Source: Neoconidiobolus thromboides FSU 785 (lineage: Eukaryota > Fungi > Entomophthoromycota). From it: a DNA stretch of 64,000 nucleotides. A program made the position numbers and the translations under genes. The stretch spans positions 1 to 64,000 of the forward strand of contig MU626370.1 of the NCBI GenBank assembly GCA_025603075.1. The letters run 5' to 3'. The notes beneath the pieces are model-generated. The model did not search any database. It was not told the origin of the DNA and worked only from the letters and a program-made list of their open reading frames with translations. This document shows, piece by piece, positions 53,767 through 64,000 of the stretch (positions within the stretch are counted from its first letter, which is position 1; each line of letters opens with the position of its first letter).

Positions 53767-54381
53767 TCAATAAAATAGCCACTTAACGAGTGAAATAAAG
53801 TCCAAGAAAGGGATCATAGCCGCTAATCCAGACATAGCTAAAAAGGTAGCAAAATACAAAGCCCAGATAAGTTGAGAATCTACCCCATTGATAAAGAGGA
53901 AGCCCATAACTAAAAGGAAGGGCAGGGAAGCATAGGCTAAAAAGTTAAAGAAAACAAATCCTTTTCTAGTGATATTGACGTTATTGGAGCTGTATAAAAA
54001 TACTGAATAACCAATTTGATAGATTAAATAGATTAAAAACCACTTATTCATAGCTGTTGAGTTCTCTTTAGGTGAGGGATTGAAGATCAAAGTGAATAAA
54101 ATAGAAGAAATAGTTAACGCTATTTGTGCTAAAGTAATGAATAGATAGCTCGTGTTATTACTTGAGAAGTAGCTTAATTCATGAATGTTGGCTGGTTCTG
54201 AGATAGAGCCATAATTGTTTTGAATATCTAACTGGCGTTGATTACCTCTGAAATGGCTCAGTAAAAAAGTAATAATTGCTAATGGTAAGATATATATCAA
54301 TGGTAAACTGCTTAGGAATAATGTGAATTCTACAATTCCCATGTAGTCATCGTCCTGATTCAGTGTGTATTGTAATTTCAT
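53767..54381 (-). CDS. Hypothetical multi-pass membrane protein
   Basis: 204 aa with about 5 hydrophobic segments; no recognised family. Confidence 0.6.
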   Translation of the reverse strand: MKLQYTLNQDDDYMGIVEFTLFLSSLPLIYILPLAIITFLLSHFRGNQRQLDIQNNYGSISEPANIHELSYFSSNNTSYLFITLAQIALTISSILFTLIFNPSPKENSTAMNKWFLIYLIYQIGYSVFLYSSNNVNITRKGFVFFNFLAYASLPFLLVMGFLFINGVDSQLIWALYFATFLAMSGLAAMIPFLDFISLVKWLFY

Positions 54382-54412
54382 TTTAAATTTATCTAAGATG
54401 TTAAAATGATGA

Positions 54413-54880
54413 TTATATGGTTTCTGTACTTATAGGGGGATTTTGTGTATTCCTGATTAGTAAGTTACTCAATCCCCAAATTATGTCATTTTTATGCGTT
54501 CTTACTGGCTTATACTTTTTTATACTTTAGTACTTATGCTTAGGATTTTTGTTTATATTTTTTCACAAAATTAAAAAATTGGTTATTTAAGTTTATATGT
54601 GACTGTATTTTTGTTTGAGAATTTTGCTACAATTTTTCCCACTCAAATAGCACTTAAAAATGGAAAATTAATGAAATAAAAAAAACATCCCCATATGTTG
54701 AAAGAGTTCTTATACGGTTTCTGTACTTATAGGTGGATTTAGTGTATTTCTGATCTGTAATTTACTTCCCAAATTAGGTCATTCTTACGTTTTACGGCTT
54801 ATACTTTTTATACTCTACTTATTCTTAGGATTTTTGTTTATATTTTTTCTATAAATTGAATTGTTTGTTTAAGCTTATAT
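54413..54880. repeat. Direct duplication (~180 bp unit) with a MITE in the first copy
   Basis: 54413-54598 and 54710-54880 both begin TTATAyGGTTTCTGTACTTATAGG and align through TAGGATTTTTGTTTATATTTTT. Confidence 0.9.
54595..54696 (+). mobile_element. MITE copy
   Basis: ATAT-GTGACTG...ACATCCCC-ATAT. Confidence 0.85.
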
Positions 54881-55885
54881 TTAATAAAAGTTTTCATTAT
54901 ATATTTATGGTATCTAAAGAAAACAACGGCATTTGATAAGTCAATTCTAGATCATACAGTTCTTATAAACATTAATTGTTCTATTTTCCAAGCCTTTATA
55001 AATATACATATAAATAGCATCCTTCGACACATAAGCTAAAAGGCTTGGAAACCCGCCCTTGTGCAGTTTAATGTGTCTTAGCTAATAAAATAAATATTGT
55101 AAATTTCAAAAATAGATTAAAAATAAAACTAATAATTTGGGTGAATTTAAGTTCTTTTGTAAGTTCTTTTACGTAAAAATATGCTTTTTATTTTCACACT
55201 ATTTCTAATCAAATTACTACTCTTTCAATATATTAAAGATCATAAAAAAGTTGAACCTTGGGTTTTAGTCAATCCAATATACAAAGTTAGTAAACGTCGC
55301 CATAGATACGTAACCCCTATAAATAAACTAAGGTATTACAACAAGCTATAAGAGATTATAGGAATCTAAAGCTAGTTAAAAATAGATTTTGAGAACCCAA
55401 CAATTAAGCTTGTTAATTTATTACAACAAAAACTATCATAAGTTCAAAATATACTGTATTTAAAGAAGTAAAAATATTAATCTTATGGAAGTTATTAATT
55501 ATTCAATATTAAACTACAGTTAAATTATTTAATAAATTAAAAACGTATCCAAATGCTTAACAATTTGATGGATTTTTTGCGATGACGGTTACTTGCTATT
55601 AATGTTGTGCTAAATTGGTATACGATTAATAAAAGATAAAAAATTAAAGAATAATATTTGAGAAGAAAAGTATAATAAACGACAATTAAATATCACCAGG
55701 GGCAACTTAATAAAAGGAGACTAGTAAATTTATCAAAAACAGAATGGATGAGATTTCATAAAAAAGAATAAACTGAACAAGGGTACCTTTAAAAAAATCC
55801 AACTGGGGTACTAACAAACTAAAAACTATAAAAAAACCGCTTATTTAATATTTTTTTAAAAAAAAACTGAAACTAGAAATACACA

Positions 55886-57019
55886 ATGAAGTTCACTACT
55901 AAACTTCTGGTAGGTTTACAAGTGCTCAATTATTATGCTCAAACGGATAATAGTCGGTCCAGTGATACTCCTCAAGCTCGTATCATTGGTGGAGAAAAGG
56001 TATCTGAACCATGGAAATATCCCTTTATGGTATCCTTAAAGAAATCCAATTTTCATTTATGTGGTGGCACTTTATTGAATCAAAATCAAGTAATTACAGC
56101 AGCCCATTGTACAGGTACTGTGGATAAGTGGACAGTAACTTATGGTATCAATGATTTAACTAAAAAAGAAGGTGAAGAAAGCTATTCTGGGGTCAAAGTC
56201 GAAGTAAGAAAAGTAGCTAAAATAGTTCGTCATCCAGATTATAATGGAGATACAGATGATAATGATGTAGCTGTCTGGACCTTAGATTCACCATTTAAAA
56301 ACTTTAAACCAAGTATCAAATTAAATGAAGATGCTAATATTTATAACAAAAAAGTATTAGTCTTAGGTTGGGGTTTTACTGCTGAGGGTCAAGATCAAGC
56401 TACTCGATTTTTAAATCAAGCCTTTATTACTTTGTTCCCTCAATCTCAATGTAAAGATTTGTATAAAAATATGAAGCTTCGATCTTATGATAGTAAGAAA
56501 CATCTATGTGCTGGTGAACTTACCGGGGCTAAAGATGCATGCCAAGGTGATTCTGGTGGTCCATTAATCCTTGCTGATACAATGGAATTGGTTGGTATCA
56601 CCAGCTATGGCATTGGTTGTGGTCGTAAAGAACGTCCTGGTATTTATACTAATCTTTTAGAATATTCTGCATTTATTAAAGAAAATTTGATGAATAATAA
56701 CACCGATAAACCTAGTGAATCTATTCAACCTAGTCAAACTACCCAAACTATCCAAACTACTCAGTCTACTCAATCCACACAACTTACTCAAACTAGTAAA
56801 AGTACCCTCACTGCTGCCCCAACCGCAACAAAACCAAAACCACAAACAGCATTTTCTACCCAATGGTTTACTATGGGTCCAAGACCAACTCGAATTAATG
56901 ATGATCCATGGAGGAATCTACCCAATGGATGGGAGGTTCGAACTGTACCATTAGTACAAGCCCAGCCAACTTATTATTATCCACAACAACAACCTCAATA
57001 CTATTATTATTATTATTAG
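55886..57019 (+). CDS. Secreted trypsin-like serine protease (S1A) with Thr/Gln/Tyr-rich tail
   Basis: Signal and pro-peptide, R|IIGG, TAAHC, DNDVA and DACQGDSGGP (Asp in the S1 pocket). Confidence 0.95.
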   Translation: MKFTTKLLVGLQVLNYYAQTDNSRSSDTPQARIIGGEKVSEPWKYPFMVSLKKSNFHLCGGTLLNQNQVITAAHCTGTVDKWTVTYGINDLTKKEGEESYSGVKVEVRKVAKIVRHPDYNGDTDDNDVAVWTLDSPFKNFKPSIKLNEDANIYNKKVLVLGWGFTAEGQDQATRFLNQAFITLFPQSQCKDLYKNMKLRSYDSKKHLCAGELTGAKDACQGDSGGPLILADTMELVGITSYGIGCGRKERPGIYTNLLEYSAFIKENLMNNNTDKPSESIQPSQTTQTIQTTQSTQSTQLTQTSKSTLTAAPTATKPKPQTAFSTQWFTMGPRPTRINDDPWRNLPNGWEVRTVPLVQAQPTYYYPQQQPQYYYYYY

Positions 57020-57498
57020 TTTCTAGTTTTTTAATTAAACTATAAAATAGGATTTTAGAGGTTATATATACGTTTTTTTTTCTAATTGAATAGCTGTGCT
57101 TTTTATTAATAAATATTTTTGAATTTTAGTTACTTATTGATTTTATTAGCATTACTTTCTTTATTTTATTAAATATTGAGTATTAGACCATGACCTAATA
57201 CCAGATTAATATATTTTTATATTGAGGCTACTACTTCTAAAAGACAGTGATGCTCGTTTAGCAAGCCCAAAGCTCAAATTTTGCCTTATTCAACTTGATA
57301 TTAAAGTACTTTAAGTTAAGAATGAAGAAAAGTAATGATAAAACCCTATCTTCAAAATGAGATAAAGCTTTAAATAAAGCACTATAAGATATTATTGGAT
57401 AATTCAATCCTAATAAAGACACTGTACTGAAATAGCAGCCTAATAAAGATGTTAAAGAAGACCAAAATGGACATCCAAAATTATGAAAAAGTAACATT

Positions 57499-57535
57499 AT
57501 ATGGCGATGTATTTTTTGTCTAAGGATTTTAATGG
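57499..57535 (+). mobile_element. MITE left-end fragment
   Basis: ATAT-GGCGATGTATTTTTTGTCTAAGGATTTT, then similarity stops. Confidence 0.55.
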
Positions 57536-57682
57536 TATTATTTTTATTGTTATTCAGTTAAATTAACAAGTGGGGACTAGTATATTAAAATTTACAAATT
57601 AAAATACTGTTTTTTTGGTTGTTTAATTTTATGCTAAGCACCTGAAATTAAAAAATTAGATAAAAAAAATCTCTCAAAAATT

Positions 57683-57754
57683 GGGCTCAGCAGGGAATTG
57701 AACCCTGGACCTCTCGCACCCAAAGCGAGAATCATACCACTAGACCACTAAGCC
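57683..57754 (-). tRNA. tRNA-Pro(TGG)
   Basis: Reverse complement GGCTTAGTGGTCTAGTGGTATGATTCTCGCTTTGGGTGCGAG..GGTTCAATTCCC..GAGCCC. Confidence 0.97.
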
Positions 57755-57915
57755 ATTTCGGTATTAAGGTGGATAAAGCACAAATAATATATAAAATTAA
57801 TTAAAATTAATAAAAAGTTATTAAAACAAGTATTTTTCGAAAAGATTGATTTACAGAAAAGTAAAAACACAAAATTATAACCTTTTTAAATAAATTTGAA
57901 TTTTCAGAAGGAAAG

Positions 57916-60145
57916 ATGAATAAAAGAAAGGACAATTTTACACAAGTTGAAGAGCCAGCTAAACAGATCAAACGAGATAGTAAAATATTAATTCAATTTG
58001 AAAATAATGAGGGTAGTAAATTAGCTAATACATTAAATTTAAATTGTGATATTGGACCCCAAGGGTTAAATTTAATATTAAATCAGTTATTGGAAAATGT
58101 AAGTTTGATTAGTTGGTTTTTCATAATTTGCGCTTTAGTTTATAAAAGAAAAAAAGCAATATCTATCAATCGACAATGTACATGTTTTTTGTTAACTTAA
58201 TATTAATAGGAAGAACCTTTACCTTATTTATTTAAAGTTGGTGAAGATGAAGTTAGTACTAGTATTTTAGAAGATATATTGCAAAAAAATAAAAAAGGAT
58301 TAGAAGATACTATTACTATATTGTATCAGCCACAAGCCATATTTAAAGTTAAACCAGTCACACGATGTAGTTCGACTTTAAATGGTAAGTAAAACTATCT
58401 TTATTTTATAGCTATTGCTTGTTTAAATAATTGTTTTTTATCTATTTAAACTAATTTTGTTGAATTAATGATCTCATTCTCTTAATTTTAGGTCATACCG
58501 AAGCCATTTTAACATTGAAATTTAGTCCAGATGGCAAATATTTAGCTACTGGAAGTGGAGATACCACTATTCGATTATGGGATTTAGCTACAGATACCCC
58601 CAAACAATGCTTACAAGGTCATAAAAGTTGGGTATTAATGTTGGAATGGTCACCGGATGGTAATTATTTAGCTAGTGGTGGGATGGATAATACGGTAAGT
58701 TTTAAGATAGGATTTGGAGTTTATTTCTACAGCGGAATGATGTATTAATAAGAATATTTTAATCTAGGTAATTGTTTGGGACATTCAAAATGAATGTAAA
58801 AAAATGGAATTAAAGGGTCATCGTAAATGGGTGAGCGATTTAGCTTGGGAACCCTATCATATGTAAGTGATTATTATATCATTTGTATTATTTAATTGTT
58901 TAGCTTTATAATTTATTTTTAATTTATTTTTAATTTATTTTTAATTATAGTAATTCCAAAACCCCACGATTAGCTTCAGGGTCTAAAGATGGTACTATAC
59001 GTGTATGGAATCCTATTAATAAAACTACCATATTTACTTTGTCTGGACATACTTCAAGTGTTACTTGTATTAAATGGGGTGGAGGAGGATTAAACTCTAG
59101 CTATAAAAAAGGGGTTATTTATTCCGCTTCTCAAGATAGAAGCATTAAACTTTGGTGTGGGGAAACAGTAAGTAATATTAAAATTATTTTATTGTTTTAG
59201 TTTCAGTTTTGTTAATAGAATGGATGAAAAAACAAAATGTTAATCAATATATATATCTAGTTATTTATATTTTTATTTAGGGCAAATTAATTACTTCATT
59301 AGATGGTCATGCCCATTGGGTTAATTCATTAGCCTTATCAACGGATTTTGTATTAAGAACAGGTCCCTTTGATCATCATTGTCGTAAATTAGAAACAATT
59401 GAAAATGGTAAATTGAATTGAATTGAGTTTATATAGTTATTTTATTAAATATTGAATTTTTTATTTTAGCACCTAAAGTAGCACTAGAGAGATATGAACA
59501 ATGTTTAAAAGACCAAGGAATTAAAGAAGAAATTTTAGTTTCTGGTTCCGATGATTTTACAATGTACCTTTGGAATCCGTTTAAAAATAATAAACCAATT
59601 CAAAGAATGACTGGTAATTTAATAATAACAATAATAATACTATAATTAATTATTAATTAATTTTTTAGGCCATCAAAAATTGATTAATCAAGTTCAATTC
59701 TCACCTGATGGTCGATATATTGCATCTGCTTCCTTTGATAAAAGTATTAAATTATGGGATGGTAAAACTGGAAAGTAAGATTATTATTATTATTATTTTA
59801 TATAATGACAATATACTAATCTCTACTTTATTTTATTAGTTTCATCCATAATTTACGTAGTCATGTACAATCCGTTTATCAATTAGCATTTTCTTCAGAT
59901 TCTAGATTAATAATTTCTTGTTCTAAAGATTCCACTGCTAAAATATTTGATTTGAAATCTTCTAATGTTAAAGTTCATTTACCTGGGCATTTAGATGAAG
60001 TTTATACAATTGATTGGTCACCTAAAGGTGATAAAGTAGCTTCTGGGGGTAAAGATAAATTGTTAAAAATGTAAGTTTTATATTACATACTTCTTGTAAT
60101 ATATGAATATTAATTGCTTTCTATTATTTTAGATGGAGAAATTAA
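57916..60145 (+). CDS. RSA4: Notchless/Rsa4 WD40 ribosome-assembly factor, 10 exons
   Basis: NLE domain, [43 protein letters not shown] and [15 protein letters not shown]; 9 GT-AG introns. Confidence 0.93.
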
Positions 60146-60352
60146 ATCACTAAATAGAATTGTTAAAGTATTGATTTAATAAAAATATATAATAGAATAT
60201 TAAAATAGAATATTAAAATAGAATTAAAATTAAAATTATTTATTTAAATAAAAATAAAATGAAAATAATTATATTTTAAATTTATATTTTTATTATATAT
60301 TATATAAGGTGTTTTTTTATAAAAAAAAGTTAAAGAAATAGTTGAGAAGAGA

Positions 60353-62233
60353 TTAATGAGCCCAATCATAAGATTTTTCAACAGCTTGATTCCATTTTTT
60401 AAATTTAGAATCTCTAGCTTCTTGATCAATTTTAGCTTCAAACTTATTAACACCAAAGTTGTTAACTTCATTCAAATGTTCTAAATCCTTATAAATACCC
60501 AAAGCTAAACCAGCAGCGACAGCAGCACCTAAAGCAGAAGTTTCTCTCATAGCAGGACGAACAACAGGAATACCCAATAAATCAGCTTGAATTTGCATAC
60601 ATTCATCACTATTGGTCATACCACCATCAACCATTAAACTAGTTAATTCTTGTTGACTATCTTTATTCATTGCTTCTAAAATAGCTCTTGTTTGGAAACA
60701 GGTAGCTTCTAAAGCAGCACGTGCTAAATGATGTTTAGTTGCATATTGAGTTAAACCTAAGATACAGCCTCTTGCATCAGTACGCCAATATGGGGCTAAC
60801 AAACCAGAAAAGGCAGTAACAAAATAAACACCTGCAGTATCTTCAACTTGTTTAGCTAGTTCACCAATTTGTGGTGCAGTTTGAATGATATTTAAATTAT
60901 CTCTTAACCATTTAATAGCAGATCCAGCAACAGCTACTGAACCTTCTAATGCATAAACAGCAGGTTGATTACCAAATTTATAACCTAAAGTAGTTAATAA
61001 TCCATTGCTAGAGAAAGTGGGTTTTTCACCAGTATTGAATAACATAAAACATCCAGTGCCATAAGTATTTTTAGCAGTTCCTGGAGTAAAACATTTTTGA
61101 CCAACAAAAGCAGCTTGTTGGTCTCCTAATACACCAGCAATAGGAATACCATTCAATTTACTTTCAGATCCAAAAGTACAGTAAGTTTCACTACTAGACA
61201 AAATTGATGGTAATATAGATTGTGGAAATTGGAAGAATTCTAGTAATTTTTCATCCCATTTTAAAGTATGAATATTCATTAAACACATTCTTGATGCATT
61301 AGTAACATCAGTTACATGAATTGGTTTACGATTATCTCCTAAGGAATATTGCTATAAAAAAATAATACATATATTAATAAATGTTATATTATATTATAAG
61401 TGTATTAACTTACGTAAATTAACCAAGAATCAATAGTACCAACCATTAAATTATCATTATCTAAAGCTTGTTTAACAGCTTCGCTATTCTCAATTAACCA
61501 ACGAATCTTTAAAGCAGAAAAATAAGTAGAAATAGGTAAACCACATAATTTCTATAAAAATATAAAATAAAAGGATTAGTAAATATATGAAAATGTTATT
61601 ATTATTATTCTTATTTACTTGTAATTCTTTTTCATTATAGCTATCTTGATATTTTTCAACTAAAGCTTGAGTACGACCATCACACCATACTAGTTAATTA
61701 TTTAATTAAACAATTTAATGTTATTATAATATTAATAACTTACCAATGGCATTATGTAATGGTTTATGTGTAGTTTTATCCCAAGCAACTAAAGTTTCTC
61801 TTTGATTAGTAATACCAACACCTAGTTAAATTAAAAGTTAATATCAATATAATATATAATATAATGAACTCTACCTTTTAAATCTTTAATATCTAAACCC
61901 ATTCTAATAAACATATCAATAGCTTCATCAATACAATTATTAACACTATCAACAATCACCATAGGATCATGCTCTACCCAACTAATAATAATAAAGTAAA
62001 TATTAATAACTATATTATAATGATAATAACAATAATAATAATATTATTATTATTATTATTTTATTTTTATTTTTATTTTTAACTTACCTAGCTTGTAAAC
62101 AAATTTGATCAAATTCTTTTTGAGCCATAACAACTACTTTACCATTTTTATCAAAGATAATAAAACGAGAAGAGGAAGTGCCTTGATCAATTGCACCTAA
62201 GAAAGGGGCTTCAAAATTCTGAATTTTTTCCAT
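60353..62233 (-). CDS. GUT1: Glycerol kinase, 6 exons
   Basis: [37 protein letters not shown] and VDGGMT; ATG at 62233 preferred over the GTG at 62281. Confidence 0.95.
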
Positions 62234-63493
62234 AATATAGTTAAAGTTAGTTTCTAATTTATTAAAAAAGTTTTTATCCACGATAAGTTCAACTCACTTT
62301 ATTTATATTACTTTTTATTAGCTCTCTTTATTATTCTTATAAATTTAAGCAATGGTTTCAATATCACCTGCTTTCTCCCACGGCATCGATAACCTTGAGT
62401 AATCTATTGGAAGTTATATCCCCTTCTCGATGTTTATTGGCGCTTGAATTTCGAAGTTGAATTTTAGATCAGATGATACTTCTATTTATAGCCATTATTC
62501 AATGAAAGCACAAAACTTAACCAATCAATTCAAGACTTGTGTATGCCAATCAAAGTTGAAGTGAATAGAAACATCAAATTATTCATTTAATAACAACATT
62601 AATCCATTTTAAACTCAATATAGTTTGTGGTGAGCTTATTCTAGATGGAAATGGCTTATATTTTTGGTAAATTTAAGTTAACATATAGGTTCTAAAGAAG
62701 TTGAATGTTTATTATTTGTTTGGAAGTGTTATGCGTTACTTAAGGTTCAATTTTAAAATAATTTATGTTGTGTCGTGTGATATTAGTTTGAAATTAATAT
62801 TCAAATGTTTTTATGGATTTTAAAGTTTTTTTAATAGGAGAATGCTCAATTTTTTTACATTTTTAAGAACTAAATTATGGTTTTTCTCATCTGATAGTTA
62901 AAGTTTGAAGAATTGTAGGAATCGTTTTTTATTTCGAAATTTTAGTTAGTATAAAAGATGAGCAAAAAGCTTAAATTTTATTTAACTCTAACAAAACTTC
63001 ATAGTATCAAAATTAGTCTTTATTTTATAATAAAAAATAAATGAAGTTTTTTAAGTTTAGCTTATCTTTATAATAATAACAAAAGCCTTAATCCATAAAA
63101 TTATAGTTAAGTTTGTTGAATACTTTAATAGAAAACAATTCTTGATAAAAATTTCAATTTTTATCAAATAGAATAAAAAAGATTAAAATAAAATGGAATT
63201 AAAAAAACATTTACTTTATATTGACAATAAAACTTCACAATATCCAAATCAGTATTGATTTTGTTAAAGAACAAATGTATGATCTTAGGTAAAATCTATT
63301 GTTATTTCAATATAATCTTGAAATCTATTAATTTATGATCTATATTCACCTGATGGTTAAAATCCCAATCAAATGAAATTCATAGTGAAGAATATTATTT
63401 CGAAGATTTAAATAGTTCGAAAAATAAACAAAGAATTAAATTAAAATCACTTCACTTCTATATACTAAATAGGATATTAAAATAAAAATACAA

Positions 63494-63565
63494 CTTCCTC
63501 ACGGGGAATCGAACCCCGGCCGTTCCGGTGAAAGCGGAAAATCCTAACCACTGGACCATGAAGAA
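63494..63565 (-). tRNA. tRNA-Glu(TTC)
   Basis: Reverse complement TTCTTCATGGTCCAGTGGTTAGGATTTTCCGCTTTCACCGGA..GGTTCGATTCCCCGTGAGGAAG. Confidence 0.96.
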
Positions 63566-63827
63566 CGTTTTATTCGTTGTATATCATGTGATAGTAACTA
63601 TAATAAATATTTGTAAAATCAGTTTTTATACTAAGGATATTTTAATTTGAACCTAAAGTTTAGGTAAAATTCAAATTCAAAGATAAATTATTCACCAGAT
63701 TAATCTGATGACTTAATATCATTTAAAAAAATAAATTTCAATTCAGTTCTTAAAGTTTTAATTCAGTTCAATTCAGTTTATTTAATCTATTATAAAAAAA
63801 GTATATTATTAACCACCAACAATAAAA

Positions 63828-64000
63828 ATGCAAGCTTTACCTCCAATCCAAAGATTATCACCCTCTGTTATAAGAATTCTAGGTCTTAACCCAGGTCCAT
63901 TTACTTTACAAGGAACTAATACTTACCTTATTGGGAATTCGAAATATCGAATTTTATTAGATACTGGAGAAGGTAAATCTGAGTATTTACCTTTACTAGA
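63828..64000 (+). CDS. Metallo-beta-lactamase-fold LACTB2-like protein, 5' part (runs off the window)
   Basis: [44 protein letters not shown]. Confidence 0.85.
   Translation, partial: MQALPPIQRLSPSVIRILGLNPGPFTLQGTNTYLIGNSKYRILLDTGEGKSEYLPLL

Noticed and set aside
4857-57497. Short ORFs in the track (e.g. 4857, 5580, 7830, 10806, 11669, 26032, 32074, 32740, 39398, 39567, 42593, 45467, 46166, 52088, 53388, 57258)
   Set aside because: They are antisense or alternative-frame shadows of real genes, MITE read-throughs, or low-complexity AT-rich frames without recognisable motifs.
336-57535. CRISPR-like array from the recurring ~100-bp repeat
   Set aside because: Copies are dispersed in both orientations with TIRs and TSDs and have no regular spacers; the context is eukaryotic.
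62340-62500. snRNA or extra 5' exon upstream of GUT1
   Set aside because: No match to U1-U6 hallmarks, and the trial splices hit stops; it fits a promoter/5' UTR with TATA and CCAAT.

Overview
Very AT-rich eukaryotic DNA with short (about 45-110 nt) GT-AG introns. The gene content (class-A-like GPCR, secreted trypsin, KilA-N/ankyrin factor, kinase-SEL1 proteins) suggests an early-diverging fungus, possibly Zoopagomycota/Entomophthorales; this is inference. Conserved genes: MRS3/4-like carrier, RPL1, GPI12, SEC14, MBP1/SWI4-like factor, RSA4, GUT1, partial LACTB2-like gene, and four tRNAs (Asp, Lys, Pro, Glu). Other genes: an RGS protein, a GPCR, two unrelated alkaline phosphatases (PhoD and PhoA type), a trypsin and an Argonaute with an intact DEDH tetrad. 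Highlights: (1) three dispersed intronless paralogs, each an intact TKL-type kinase plus 14 SEL1 repeats plus a C-terminal CaaX box, with a different lipid-anchor code in each and one invariant repeat; (2) an ~100 bp MITE with 18 full or near-full copies plus one fragment, GRG..CYC ends, 4-bp TSDs and CpG-decay marks, one copy sitting inside a decayed Sola2-like transposase; (3) an 81-aa secreted six-Cys Kunitz-like gene missed by the ORF track; (4) a 55-bp-arm hairpin and a convergent pair of orphan membrane-protein paralogs upstream of the Argonaute. All calls come from reading motifs by eye; no database searches were run.
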